DNA from: Catajapyx aquilonaris
Lineage: Eukaryota
DNA: 41,157 nucleotides
Assembly (NCBI GenBank): GCA_000934665.2
Contig: KZ538040.1
Location: 124,001-165,157 of the forward strand
Reading direction: 5' to 3'
The notes under the pieces are model-generated. The model saw only the letters and a list, made by a program, of their open reading frames with translations, made no database searches and was not told the origin of the DNA. Below, one piece after another: positions 12,966 through 26,116 of this stretch. Positions within the stretch are counted from its first letter, which is position 1; each line of letters opens with the position of its first letter. The translations under genes were made by a program, and so were the position numbers.

Positions 12966-14049
12966 TACTATACACATTTTCATTCTGCATTTGCATACTT
13001 GTTATGTAGCAGGGTACACTAATTGCGTGTGCTTTCTCTCTCTCATTTCCCGGCGGACACATAAGGAATAACTCTGCATTTAACACTATCGGAAACACGG
13101 TTGGTGTCACGCACACGGGCATAAGTAGTATTCAGGCGGTGTGCCTTTGATTATGAAATACGGGCCTCGTAAATCATGTTTGCCCAGGTTCCATGTGTGT
13201 GTGCACACACACACTCAACTCAGCGAAACAAATCGCCCTCTTCGATTGTTTCGCATGCTAGATGAAGTTTCTTTTTACTGAGCCCCTGGGCAGCCTCTGG
13301 ACTCTAAATCATCCATTTTGCACCTTGGATAAACGTGCTTGTCACCTTTTACTGCCAGGAGGTTGTGTGTACTTTTGAACTTCATTTTTTTGTGTGCCAG
13401 ACTTAGTGTGTGTTGTACTTTTCTGCATGAAATGTCATTGTTAGAGAGCCAGCTTGCAATCTGTGTTTTCGCATGGAAGCTCCGCAGGCGCCATGTAAAA
13501 AATGAGGGTGGGAGAGAGAGAGAGAGGGCTAGAGAAGAAGAAAATGCTAAAAGCTTGCCATAAGTTAACCCAAACAAACAGTCCAAAGCAAACATCCCCC
13601 GTCAATCCAGCTAATTTCTTGAATTCAAGTGTCAGGTCCAGAAGCAAGCAGGGAAAGGAAGGAAGAAATCTCCCTCCTCCTTCTTCCCCTTCTTGGCACT
13701 TAGGTAGATATATGCGCAACTTATTCCCTCCCCTTCTCCCCCTTCAATCCCTCTTCTTCCTTCCCCCCCCCCCTCCTTTCTGCTCATCCTCCTCCTCCTC
13801 CTCTACTCGACAAGAAGATGTATGGCGGTCGAGAGAGTTTGAAACAACCGTGGCTGCTTCTTTGCTGACACTAGATGACGGATGAAGCTCCCTGTGTTTT
13901 GCAGCCAACTCTCTCTTGACTATAATAATTCTGCAAGGTGGTCCAAAAAGTCGAGGGAAATTGATATTGCAAGCTACACTCTATGGGAGGGAGGGTGGAG
14001 ATAAAGGTCATTCTGTCGTGTCAACAACTCTTGGTTTCGGAGGTAGCCT

Positions 14050-14550
14050 AGCAGTTGGCTGTGTAATAGCCATTATTCTATAGTAGCAGTTCTTGGTGTA
14101 GTATGTGTTATTTTATAGTAGCAGTTCTTGGTATAGTATGTGTTATTTTATAGTAGCAGTTTTTTATATTAATGTTAATTTAGTTCCAGTTTTTATATGA
14201 CTGTCATTTTAGTAGCAGATATTTGTATATAGTAGGTAGATGTAAGGATCCAGTGAGCATATTCAGTAAGATGCTACTGCTTGTGAAAATAGCCGTTATA
14301 TAAGCAGCTATTTTCGGTAATTAAGGACGGATTTGGGCCGAAAATAGCTGCTGAGATAACTGCTATTTTCATAAGTAGTCGTAGCTTACTGAATATGCTC
14401 ACCGGATCCTTACATCTACCATAAAATTATAGTACTGTATGTTATTATGCAGTAGCAGTTCTTGATAATGCTGTTATACAGTGACCGTTCTATGGATAAC
14501 ATGTTCTATCATCCAGTAGCAGTTATACAGTAGCACTTTCTTGGTGTTCA
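14050..14550. repeat. Minisatellite of about 35 bp (tagtagcagttcttggt...gttatttta) interrupted by a fold-back element
   Basis: Units at about 14081, 14117 and 14151, with degenerate cagtagcagtt units at about 14450, 14513 and 14528. Confidence 0.75.
14235..14420. mobile_element. Long fold-back palindrome (arms about 80 bp)
   Basis: ggtagatgtaaggatccagtgagcatattcagtaag...gcagctattttcgg pairs with ccgaaaatagctgc...cttactgaatatgctcaccggatccttacatctacc. Confidence 0.85.
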
Positions 14551-17500
14551 CACCCATAACTACCATAGACAAACAGACACACAGACAAACTTTGCATTTT
14601 GTAATAACGCAGGTGAATTTCATTATTTGGGCTATTGTACATGTTTAATTAATTGCGCTCTTTTGGGTGAGTTAGTTTAATTCGTAATTTTTGCTATTTA
14701 TTGCTTACTGTTACTGGCAGTAAGATGATCTACCTCATAGTAGAGGCGATTACTAACCTGTTTCTGAACTTTAACCGCTTGGAGGTAGCATTATGCCCTG
14801 TTAACTCTAGTAAACCGAGACGCGTTCGCCAATAATTTCGGTTCCGAATTGAGGCATTTCCAGGCTCCCATTTCTGCAAATTTAGGGGGTGAGGGACGCA
14901 ATGTTCAAAATTCACTCAAAAATCGAATCCCAATGCAAATGTTTACGACGATTGTTTCACATCCCCGTTTTCGACATTCCATGGGGACAGCCCCCCCCCC
15001 CCNCCCCCCAAAAAAAAAAGTCCTTCGGTTTTTTTTTGTCTTTTTTTGTAAACTCCACCCCAAAATTTTCCCTCCCAATTCGAAAAGCCCCCATGAAGAG
15101 CCTGGGAATTGGGGAGTCCCAGGAAATGTTTGCATATGCATCGCCCTCATTAACCAGGAAATTCAAGAGGTGCCTTTTCAATGGGAAAGAATAATTATCT
15201 GACGGGACAAGAGGATTGTGTGTATATTCAGTTCAACGAGGACTGGGACCTCCCAATGAAGGGAAGGAACACACGTTGCCATCGGCATTCTATTCACTAT
15301 CCTCGAAAAAAGAAAGAAAGACGAACCCCCCAAAAAACCAGTGGTTAATGGTTTGTTTTGGTGGTACGTACCCGAAAAAAAAGTCGATTTGCGTTGTATC
15401 TTCTGAAAAGCAGTTCATTCCGACCAGTCTATTGATGCACATCAGGCCAGAGAGGTTTTTGTTGGGACAGCATAGTATTTGTAAATGGTAGGCAAATCGT
15501 GTGGAAACACATTGTCATTAATGTTTTATTTATAATATGGCGGGTCCACCGGCACGTTGTGGCCGTTTTATGGCTCTTTCGATGTTGTAGTACAAACGGT
15601 ACGATGATTCCTGGGCTGGTCATTATATAAATTGGAGAGTTAAAACCGATTGTTTGCATACGATCGAGTGATGAATTTTGCTATACTGAACTGTAGTGAA
15701 ATTTGGCCAAAATTTGGCAGATATCCCGCCGATTAACTATGCAGTACTATTCTTCACGCATAGATGGCGCATACTCCCTCTGCACACTTCCGCCACCGTG
15801 TGAGAGATATCGATACTATCAGGTCGGATAAACATCCGACAGTTAGGCTGGGCAGCATCCAGCCTATATCAGATATAAAAAAGGAGCAGCTACTGGTTTT
15901 TTGATTACCCGGAAGCCTCTCAGACGTCCATCCACACCATGTTCTTGTTGCAATCAAAAAGTGGAGATGGCGCTTCTGCACCAAGTGTTTATGACGAACT
16001 TGCTATGTGCTAATGAGCACTTTTTTTTGTGGACGATGCTGAAAAGGCATCCATAAACCTTTGGATCTGGCGTCGGTGGTATTAACGCGACGCATTGGAG
16101 TGTAATTCTGATAAGTATCCCTCCCCCTCTTCCTAGCCACCTATATATAGGAAAACCAAGGGGGGAACATTTACTCGCGGTTTAACGGCCCGTTTTCAAC
16201 TTCATAATTGTCCTCCTGCACTTCCTGCAGGGAATTAGATAAATTGCAATGAACTCGGTGCTGTCGGAGGCGGGAAAAGCAATACGACGGTTATTATTTT
16301 GAGAGGGCGGGGGGGGGGTTACCCACCATTCCATCCGAGGATATAATGAAAGGAGAAGTTAACGCTTAAGTCATAAACGGCTTCTTGGTGCACTCACGCT
16401 TATGGAGGCCGTAAATAATTATCGTTGCTTAGGAGATAGAAGTGGTTTGGTTGGTTTAATTGGGTGAGCTGATGCAACTACTGAGGCTAGGAGACGTCTC
16501 GAGAAAATCTGCGCGAGTACAAAGAGAACTCATATTTTGTTCCCGATCCTGGTATGACTGTTTACCCAAAATTATATACCCAAAATTTAGGATTTTACTG
16601 GTCTGAGACAATGAGGATCTTTGTCTCGGATTTGGGGAATTTGTCAACCACTTTTCAGCACCAAAATGTCATTCCTCGATAAATTATCGCGGGTTTAAAA
16701 GCCGTCATTCTGAAATTAACGGGGAAAAGGGGGCGGGGACTAAAAAGCGCATTCCCACTCCTGCCTATTGTGGGTGGCGATACCGTATAATTAATATAGT
16801 CTTAGATCGATCATAGCTCGAAAACTAATACGTATTTCTTCAAACAAAAAAAACACCAAAATTGTTCCCCGACATGTGGTGGACCATCGTAAGAATCTGT
16901 GGCGTGATTCTTTGATTTGAGAGGTGAAAAGTGACGAATATTGGCTTATTTTAAAACCCATTCCCAATTGTTGCTGACTGCTGAGGTTGTGTTTGGGTGG
17001 CGGTTTTGCGATATTTGGAAGTGTGCGGTGGGTCTTCCCGTTTTTGGGCAACAAACAAGCCGACAGAGATAAATCGAGGGTTGGCTGCCGGAAAAGGCGG
17101 AAAGCCATCTTTCTTCCCTGGAAGAATGGTTTCAGCCCTCTTTCGACGAATGAAACGCTTGCTCGGATGACAATGAGGCCTAACCCTCCTCCTGTCTTGA
17201 TAAATCCTTCTTGGACCTTAAAAAAAATGTACATATAGTTTTCCGGCTGTAAAATTATTATTTTTTGTCCGGGACGTCGCTTCGGGTTTCATTCCACCCG
17301 GACGAAATAACCGGTAATGGGTAGCCACACAGGCTGAAAATTATTACATTAGGCCCATTATCTAATTAGACGGCGGGACAAAAGCGAGGAGCAGGCTTGC
17401 CTCATAGCGATGCTCCCCATCCCAGCTTAACTCGATCACGCCCGCCCTGTTTATTGCATTACTTCTCGCTCTTTTGGGCACACTTTGCACTTGAGGAGCT

Positions 17501-17583
17501 TCAACGGTCACCTGCTGGGGTCTGGATGGGGTTATCAAGAGCCATTTGAAGAATTGGATGCGTTCAGGCGGTTAAAATGCGAC

Positions 17584-17666
17584 GGGCGGTTCTCGAGCGA
17601 TTTTTTTCCGCCTCAAAATCGCGCGACGCGGTTTTGAGACGGAAAAAAAACGCGCGTGAACCGCTC
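17584..17666. repeat. Hairpin of about 83 nt (arms about 40 bp, 3-nt loop)
   Basis: gggcggttctcgagcgatttttttccgcctcaaaatcgcg-cga-cgcggttttgagacggaaaaaaaacgcgcgtgaaccgctc. Confidence 0.75.
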
Positions 17667-18534
17667 ACATGTTATAACATTTTATTGTGACACATATTAT
17701 CAAAAATGACCCTTTTTCACACTTATGCCTCGCAATTGAACAATCGGCACGTGCCACACTTGGTTCGATTGCGATAAAGAGGCACGAACGGCATGATCAA
17801 TCGGGCATGGACTTTTTGCACAAGGGGTTCTCTCTCTCTCTCGTTATCGGTTCCCCCCCTCTGACGAAGCTTTTTGACGCGAAAAGGAACCCGTGGCGAA
17901 TTCCCAGAGATTAGCCGCCAATTTGGCACGTCCCGATTATTCTTTTCTAGTCAAAGCCAAAAAACTGGCGAGTTGGACCCCCCCAAAAAAATTTGAGCTC
18001 AAAAATGGGTGTGACATAGATTATTTACACTTTTCCTTATGCAAAACTCAACAAACTTTGCAGTCTAAATTTTTGAGGCTATATCGGAGAATTTTTTGGG
18101 GGGATCGATTCGACCCTTAATTAAGTGCGGTGGCGTGGAATTGGAATAATAAGACCTCCCAAATAAGTGGGTGGTGTATCAGGAATCAGGCCCACCCACC
18201 ATTGTTGAGGGGGAAGAAGAAAAAAAAAGTTTGCTCGAAGCTTTTTTTCCCTCCAGTGTTTGTCAAGAGATGGGTCTTGAAGGAAGAAAACAAGCTGGAT
18301 TAATATTGCATCGGGAAATCCGACCGAATCCTTGCATTATTAAGCACGGCCTATAAAAGACTGACTGATAAATGATGAATAATTAAAGGTTTCCAGGAAG
18401 AAAGGGGGAAACAACCCCGAATTATAAATTAATGTCCATTTGCTTTTTCTGTTCAGTTCGATTATTTTTTCCGCCCTTCTTATCGTTATGAAAATACCCT
18501 GTTTAATCAAAGGGTTCGATATAAGGCAATTTTG

Positions 18535-18670
18535 AGCCATCCGGTTGGAAATAGGTGATTTTTTTACAAAGACAGCCGGTTGGAAATACATGATTATTTC
18601 AGACACGTCCGGTTGAAAATACATAATTTTTTTTTTCAGAGACTACAGGTTGGAAATGAGGATCTTTTTT
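18535..18670. repeat. Tandem repeat of about 35 bp, about 4 copies
   Basis: Recurrent ccggttggaaata...atttttt..cagac units. Confidence 0.7.
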
Positions 18671-20079
18671 TACAAAAAGGAATCCCTCTGACAGGCTGGT
18701 AAAAACGATGGATGTAATTTTGGGCCAAGGTTTTAATTTCCCAGATACGCCCCCCACGTGGGGGCTTTGGAAATGGTGCCAAGCATAACTGCAGAAGAAG
18801 TCTGCGTTGACGCTATGTTAAATGAGGCATCTGAAGCCTAGTGGATGGATGGATGGATTGAGATTTTTTTTATATACCTATGCGAAGAAAAAAACCGGTT
18901 CTAGCTCAGGATGCTTTTCGTCTCAGATACACGGGGGCTAATGGATTTGTATCGGGAATGATCGATCTTGAGCTCGGATGACAGTCGAAACTCGATACGG
19001 ATGTTGAACGGGGTAGAGAGAAGGCCAAAAAAAATGACATTTTTCCGGCAGTACCGTATGAATACGTATAGGCTGATCAAACGAAATGTTTAAAGTCATT
19101 AGATTGGAAGTGAGTTATTACGTCCTTTATGCAAAAAAATGCTTCTTTTTTTGAGAGAAAGTTTCAGGAACGGAAACTTGACGTCGGAAAAATTTTCTTA
19201 TTAAATTCTGATATCGATTCGCCCCCCGATGTCTCAAATACAGGCTTTTTTTTGCATGTTAAGAATTTACTCATTCGGTTGGATTGGTCGTTAATTAAGA
19301 TTCTGTCACATCCAAAAACTTGCAAGCCTGTACCTTAAATCCCTTATTGTTACCTGGTTGGGATCCTTCAGTTGCCCAGATCATTAATTCGTGCCTCGTT
19401 TTCTGAGAGACACCCGCTAGTCATCCGATGGGAAATTCTATGGAGCACAAAACGTGGCGACAAAGAATAATGGCCGAGTCGTGACGCCCATTAAGCATCT
19501 CATTATTATGCATCAACAACGCAGAGAGAGACGAGGAGGACCTACAAGACTCGTAATCAAGTGCCGGACAAGTGCATGGTACATTTTGAGGCAGATTTTT
19601 CTGAGGAACCCCTTTTTGGGTAGAAAAGCTCATTAGCGTCCGTGTCAGAGAAACTGGTTCTACTTGTGTGGTAGTAAGACAAAGTTGCGTTATTGCGTCG
19701 TACATGTACTTTGAAGTTGCGATGGATAATTTGCGGGACGCCGACTTTGACGTGGGGACCGGTTCTAATTTGTCACAGCGTTTCATCTCAGTATGCTATA
19801 CGTACAAATTGTGTGGCGGAGCATAACGATGGCTCAATTTTATAAGGAGATTGGCTCGAGTCTGTCCAGCGCCATTTATATAGGAGATATGGTACTACGT
19901 TTGAAATCATTATGGAACACCCTGTTCGGCTCGAAAATTGGACCTGCCCAAATAAAGAGATTGGGGAGGGGGGATGTGCCCCAGCTGGCGTGTGTGATGC
20001 CGATGATGAACTCATTTGTTCCCATCAACCGGTTGGCCTGACATGACCGGTGATGACCACGCCTCTTTGTTCTTTTCAG

Positions 20080-20244
20080 CGGTAGATGGGCGATGGACCT
20101 CATGGTCGTCTTGGTCCACTTGCGGCCCTGATTGCAAGCATCATCGGAGCAGGACTTGCACCAATCCGCCGCCTGCCAGCGGAGGGAAATACTGCTCGGG
20201 TCGTGACCTGGCTACTTCCAACTGTACCGGCGGAATGTGCAAAG
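20080..20244 (+). CDS. unc-5: Internal exon of UNC-5 family netrin receptor, second thrombospondin type-1 repeat (TSR2)
   Basis: Acceptor ctctttgttcttttcag| and donor |gtaagg. 165 nt, phase 1-1, in frame with the TSR1 exon (junction CP-A-VDG). Translates [55 protein letters not shown], a typical UNC5 TSR2. Lies within ORF 20016..20285. Confidence 0.94.
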
Positions 20245-20294
20245 GTAAGGTCAATATAAAGGTCAGAAACATTAACCCCGAATAAGACGAGGCT

Positions 20295-21100
20295 GGCTAT
20301 TATCTAAGGCCCCTGAATAAGCCAAGCACGCCCCTGAATAATCTTAAAAGGCTACTCTTTGATCTTATTGACTAACGAAGTTGGCCCCGCAATGAGCAGT
20401 GGATGGCTATTGGCTGGCACCCCTGATTGAGCACCAGACGGCCCTGAGCCTATTGGCTAGCGAAGTTGTACCTCTCAATGAGCATTAGTTGGCCCCTGAC
20501 TGACCGGGGCACGCTATTGGTTAACAGACATGTGCCCCTGAATGAGCATTAAAGAATGTGTCCTGATCCTGGCCGGTAACAAACCGTGGCATGCTATTGG
20601 CTTCATGTGCCCCTAAATGGGTAGACCTATCAGAAGCCCCTGAATGAGCATAAATAGGTTGGGCCCTGATCCTATTGATTAACAAAGTCGTGCCCCTCAT
20701 TGGGCGTTAGTTGTTCCCTGACATCGTGACATGCCATTGGTTAACAGACTTGCGCCCCTGAATGAGCACCGGAGGCCACTGAATAAGCATTAAAGAGTGT
20801 GTACTGATCCTATTGGCTAACGAACCTGGCCTTGCAATGAGCATTGGATGAGCGCTAACAAACTATGTCAGGTTATTGGCTAACTGACTTATGCCTCTAA
20901 ATGAGCACCATACTACCCTGAATGAGCATAATTGTGCCATGAGCCCATTGGCTAACGGAGTTGTGCCCCTCAATGAGCATTAGTAGGCCCCTGGCAAACC
21001 GCGGCAGGCTATTGGCTAACAGACTTGTGCCCCGGAATAAGCCTCCATTGGCTATCTGTGTCCCTGATCGAGCCATTGTTTGCTCTCAGAAATTGTGCCT
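20295..21100. repeat. Minisatellite built on YATTGGYTAAC...GCCCCTSAATGAGCA units
   Basis: About 12 ATTGG occurrences plus degenerate ATTGA copies, and recurrent gcccctgaatgagca. Longer blocks recur at about 20450, 20672 and 20945. Confidence 0.85.
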
Positions 21101-21858
21101 CCCGTATGATTCGGCTCGGGTGCGATAGCACACTTGAGGTAATCCTTTCAATTGCAAATTAGAGCGGGGCTGTCCCAAAAGTCAGACAAATGAGTGTCTT
21201 CGGTATCTCCTTCCCCCTATTCATCCTGGGCAAGTTCCGCAACAACAAGTCAGGAAGGGGGTGGTGCTGTCACTCATCTTTTGTCCCCCCTACTTTTCCA
21301 AAATCAATTTTCCCTCCATGGTCATAAGGCCTTGGAAAATAAATCACCTCCCCCTCCTCCCTCCTGAGGATGACTACAAAGTGATGTCATCATCATCATG
21401 ATCTTCTCTGTCCCCCTCCTTTTTTGGGGAGCTGGAAATAACCGGCATTGTGATCATCCTGTCCTGAAGGAAGTCGCCTGAGCCCCCAACAAAGGGATCT
21501 AATTAGGAACACTGGCGCGTGCAAAGGAAGCAACACGCTGACCTCCCTTATCGTTACCTTTCACCTCGCCAATACTCATATTTCCCCTCCTTAGCTCCAG
21601 GGGAGGGGATAAATCAGCTGCTAATCAGCGGATTAGCGTGTCTGACTGTCGGTTATCAAAATGGTCGTGACATTCGCGCCATATTCTACTCATCTAGATT
21701 TCAATCATTCGCCAATTTATTTTTAAATATATTGTTAATTAATATAACGGAGATACTGAATTATTTGAATAATGATTATGATAATATGTCAGTTTCGTAC
21801 AAGTATTTTATGATATTGATTAAATGAATATCATAAAAAATATGCCAAAACGAGAAAC

Positions 21859-21998
21859 TGTTGAAATAATAATATTATACCAAATGAATTGATTGCTTAA
21901 ATAATGACGATTTTTTTTAAAAAAATGAGCCCTAACTCAAATTTTGAGTTACCGGTATGGCTTATTTTTCAAATAATTATTTTTATTTTTATTTTTAT

Positions 21999-22060
<62 letters not shown>

Positions 22061-22148
22061 GCGATAACATAAATTTTGAGTTAGGGCTGATTTTTTTAAA
22101 TTCGTCATCATTGAAGCAATCAATTCATTTTGTATAATTATTTCAACA
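21859..22148. mobile_element. MITE with imperfect inverted arms of about 90 bp enclosing an (ATA)n microsatellite
   Basis: tgttgaaataat..tatac.aaatgaattgattgctt.aat.atgacga..tttaaaaaaat.agccctaactcaaa is mirrored at about 22060-22148. (ata)n at about 21998-22059. Confidence 0.8.
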
Positions 22149-23928
22149 ATTTCGTTATTATTCGAGCAAGTTTATTAATTGCCGTTTAAACAATCTGATT
22201 AATTATAATACTGAAACGATTTGGTTAATTAATATGCGAGATTTGATTATTAATATAATTATACAATTTAATTAATAACTATGATATTTGATTAATCATT
22301 ATTTAAACTATTTCAAAATATTTTCAGGGGCATTGAAACGATTAATTTAATTTACTCATAATTTGCACAATTAATTTATCAATATCAAAACTATTTGACT
22401 GCTCATTACAACCATTTGGCTAGTTAATTACTTATTATCTGAACAATTTAGTAAATATATAATTCACACATATGACATACAAGTTTCAGACTCTCAGACT
22501 CAGAGGTGTGGAAGTGGGTTAGGTAGCCGAGACATACAAAGAGAGAAACTTTATGTATATTTAATATTTATACGAACAAAAACTTCATATTTACTTATTA
22601 GAAGTCAAAATTTTCGAAATCGGCGGACCTCCCGCTTAGTGAATTTTGCAGGTTATTAATTGGATCCGCTCACAAACCGTGGGAAAAAAAGGAGAATCTG
22701 ATTTTTTTTGTTTCTGTGGGCGTACCAAGCATGCGAGTAATGCATGGTCGGTGGATGGCGGTGAGGAATTTCAAGTTGAATCTGCCAGAAGAATACTCAA
22801 GTAGAGTCAAGTACGGTCAAAAACCTGCCCACTTCTCATCCTCAGCAAGGAATTTTTGCTCGGAAAAAACACATTTTTATGGCAGCTTATAGCAAGGAAT
22901 CCGGTTTCAAGGTTTAAGCAGATTCTGTCAGTGAAATGTGTGCAAATTTTCGGTGAGTTTTCCTCCCCCCTCCCAAATTGCGACATTTTGAAGGACATTG
23001 GACGTGTGATGGAGGGTTGGTAAGCTTGGAAATGAAAATGGCATTTACACGGTTGCCCGATTCCACAAAACGTCTCTTTTAAATCCTCGGCCACAAACTG
23101 AAGCCGGACGCTGATTGGGATCCCCGATTAACGAATCACACAAGCCATTGATTATGGTGTTTACGAGACCACAAATGCCAGCCCGTCACCTCTGCTATGC
23201 ACCAACCTCTGGTATATCACACCCCCCCCCCCTCAAAAAAAACTGAAGTAAATTGACATTACACTATGTAAAAAAAACCAACGGATGTTTGCCTTCTTTC
23301 CCTCTTATCTCACGGAATAATTGTACGGAATATATACGAGCCATGTAATGCCACGGAAAATTACGGAAAATTGGTGGGAAAATTTACCGTTGCGTGCGAA
23401 AAACTGATTTTATCGGACATGTCTAGGGTCGTTCATATTTTACTGACGTCCCGCGGGTTATTTGAAAAGAGCAACAGATTTGCATACAAACGGACCTCCA
23501 CTTGTTTACTCGTAGCGTCCATTTCAATTAAATCTTTTGAGAAATGAGACCGAGACAACAATGGTTTCTCGATACTGATCTTTTGTGGCCGGTAGAAATA
23601 AAATGTGTCACTCGGATTTACGCAATAGTTTAATCCCTACCCACTGGATAATTGCAGTGGTGTCCCGCTGAGTTTGGCCCCATTACAGAAGCTGATTTAT
23701 GCTTGGGACCGGACACTGTCCCGGTTTCTTTTTTTGGGACGTGAGGACTTAAGTTTTTTTTTTGCAGTGTTATTGCTACCGGTTGGAACCAGGACAGAGA
23801 GAAAAAAAAGCCTGATTTTGAAGGCCGGTAATTGCTCTCTGAAGCCGGTGGCACTTTGTTGCAACAACACACACGTTTGTTTAGATAGAAGAGAAACAGG
23901 GGGCTGTCTGTCATCCTAAATCCGGGGT

Positions 23929-24460
23929 CATATTGCCAAAAACCTAACTGTCGCCATCTGGCAAAATCAAGTCATGTTGACAAAAATTCTAAATTTGTCC
24001 CATATTGTCAAAAACCTTACCTGACGCCATATTGCCAAATCAAAATTGGGCGTCATGTTGACAAAAATTCTAAAATTGTCCCATATTGTCAAAAACCCTT
24101 AGTTGACGCCATATTGCCAAAATAAAAATTGGACGCCATGTTGACAAAAATTCTAAACCTGCCCCCATATTGTCAAAAACCTTTCCTGACGCCATCTTGC
24201 CAAAATAAAAATTGGACGCCATGTCGACAAAAATTCTAAATCTGCCCCCATATTGTCAAAAACCTTACCTGACGCCATCTTGCCAAAATAAAAATTCGGC
24301 GTCATGTTGACAAAAATTCTAAATTTGTCCCCATATTGTCAAAACCCTAACTGTCGCCATCTTGGCAAAATCAAAATCGAGCGGCCATGTTGACAAACAC
24401 GTGACCTGCTCATTAATTTTGGAGCCCGATTGTTACTGACTGGAAAAAACTATTGCTCAG
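23929..24460 (+). repeat. Higher-order tandem array of about 83 bp (about 5.5 units) with a unique tail
   Basis: Unit starts at 23929, 24001, 24082, 24166, 24249 and 24332. Each unit has three subunits (catattgtcaaaa / catcttgccaaaa / catgttgacaaaa). Confidence 0.92.
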
Positions 24461-26015
24461 TCGACTTTTGCACCCCTGTGGAGTGTTATTAAGCAATTTA
24501 CTAAGGTTGCATTGTGACGCAGCACTAATGAAGATGACGCTGTTTTCAGGTGGCTCGACTTGTCTATATTATGTCGAGAGAGACAGATAGAAACAGATGA
24601 ATGGCAGCTGTAAAGAGGATCAATGGGAATTGGGTGCAACGACCAAGTCACGCGCGATTCATTGTGCTTTATTCAAGCAGCCCCTGAGCGTGATTGTCAT
24701 GTCTTGGTTTAAGAGGCAGCCGACGTCTTTATTGGTCTCATTTGGAAAATGTGGCCGGTTATTAGACAAGCGACGAAGAGGGGAGCCTGAGTTGGGAATA
24801 TGAACAACGCGCCATTTGTATCTGCTCTATTTGCATACAAATTATTGTGCTCATATAGCCTGTAGAGTCTTACATATTATCTTTACTACTCGACGAAGTG
24901 GCTGTAGCAAAGCCACAATAACGTTTGTTGGTATGTTATTTGCTCATTTAAAATATTTTCAAAATTTAACAACCACAATTCGGTTGGTATGCTTGGCCGT
25001 GAGAAAGAGAAGGAATAATAATAAAATCCTGGTTGGAATCATAGCGCATTCCAGTGTCATTGGAACGTTTCCCAACAATGGCCATCTGCAATTCCGAATG
25101 AATAATGAAACGGCGTGGCATAAATAGCCGAGTGGAGGCAGAGCAGAACTCGCTCGGAACGTGGGTTGACATGCCGAAGGAGTAAACAAGGATGCCACGT
25201 GACACGCACACACTCACACACATTTTTTTTAGAGAGAAAGTCCGGGCCGAAGAGTGACGTACCGCATTTCGTGAACGTTTTCAAAACATTAGCTCTGAGC
25301 TTGAAAAATAAAAAAAATATACATATATAACACCTCCGGCCTCCATAGAAAAAGGGTTACCAGCTGGTGGTGGCTAACTTCCGGCACCTGCCTGGCACCC
25401 TTGCCAAACACAATTTGGACTCGAGTGTGGAAAGTCCATCTCTGCACGGAGAGACCCCGTGGGTGGGGTTACCACTGGACCTTTCTGTCACACTGACTGC
25501 ACGACGGGAGGGATCCCCCGGATTATCAGGGTTGCCAGCTTCAGGATTGCGGATTCCATTATGCATGAGGCGCAGTGTAACTGGCTCTCCTAATGTGCGC
25601 TGTACTCTTTTCACGCCCACTCCCTGAATACGACGCGGGTGCGATGCATAATTCAGGGCCTTACAAGGTGCGTTAATTACCCCCCTTTCCCCATCAGGAT
25701 TGGCACATTTTAAAATCCGCACTAAAATCGGTTTAAAAGCAGAGTTTGCTCTAAATATTTGTTAGATGCGAAATATCCTGATTCCACTGTATTTGGAGGT
25801 GATACTTTTAATTGCATCAGCTGGGCGAATAGTGTGGGTTGTGGACACGAATGCTACAGGCTAACGAACGTTACTGTGGCTTTTCCAATTTGCTACGGAC
25901 CAAAATTCAAACAGAGGCGGATACTCGAGGCAATATGATATGATGTATTGAAATATGTATTTCCCTTTTCAAACATGTGACGCCAAAATTTCTCCTAATG
26001 TTGGAGTTGGGCTTG

Positions 26016-26116
26016 TTCGTATCGCTGACATGCCAACTTGAATAGAGTGTGTTCGTATCGCTGTCACATCAACCTGAATGCGCAGTATGTTTGTATCCCT
26101 GGCACATCAACCTGAA
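26016..26116. repeat. Tandem repeat of about 36-38 bp, 3 copies
   Basis: gttcgtatcgctg..ca..caac.tgaa, three times. Confidence 0.7.

Larger units (their letters stand above)
7749..20079 (+). other. GT-AG intron (12,331 bp) between the TSR1 and TSR2 exons
   Basis: Canonical splice sites and phase-compatible exons on both sides. Interior is repeat-rich with no credible coding sequence. Confidence 0.85.

Noticed and set aside
13905..13937. 33-nt in-frame phase-1 segment after a ttttgcag acceptor
   Set aside because: The donor (gtggtc) is weak, the peptide is uninformative, and an insert between the two TSRs is not expected. It cannot be supported without RNA data.
23929..24400. Regularly spaced repeats resembling a CRISPR array
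   Set aside because: The intervening sequences are themselves repeated, so there are no unique spacers. The context is a spliceosomal intron and there are no cas genes.
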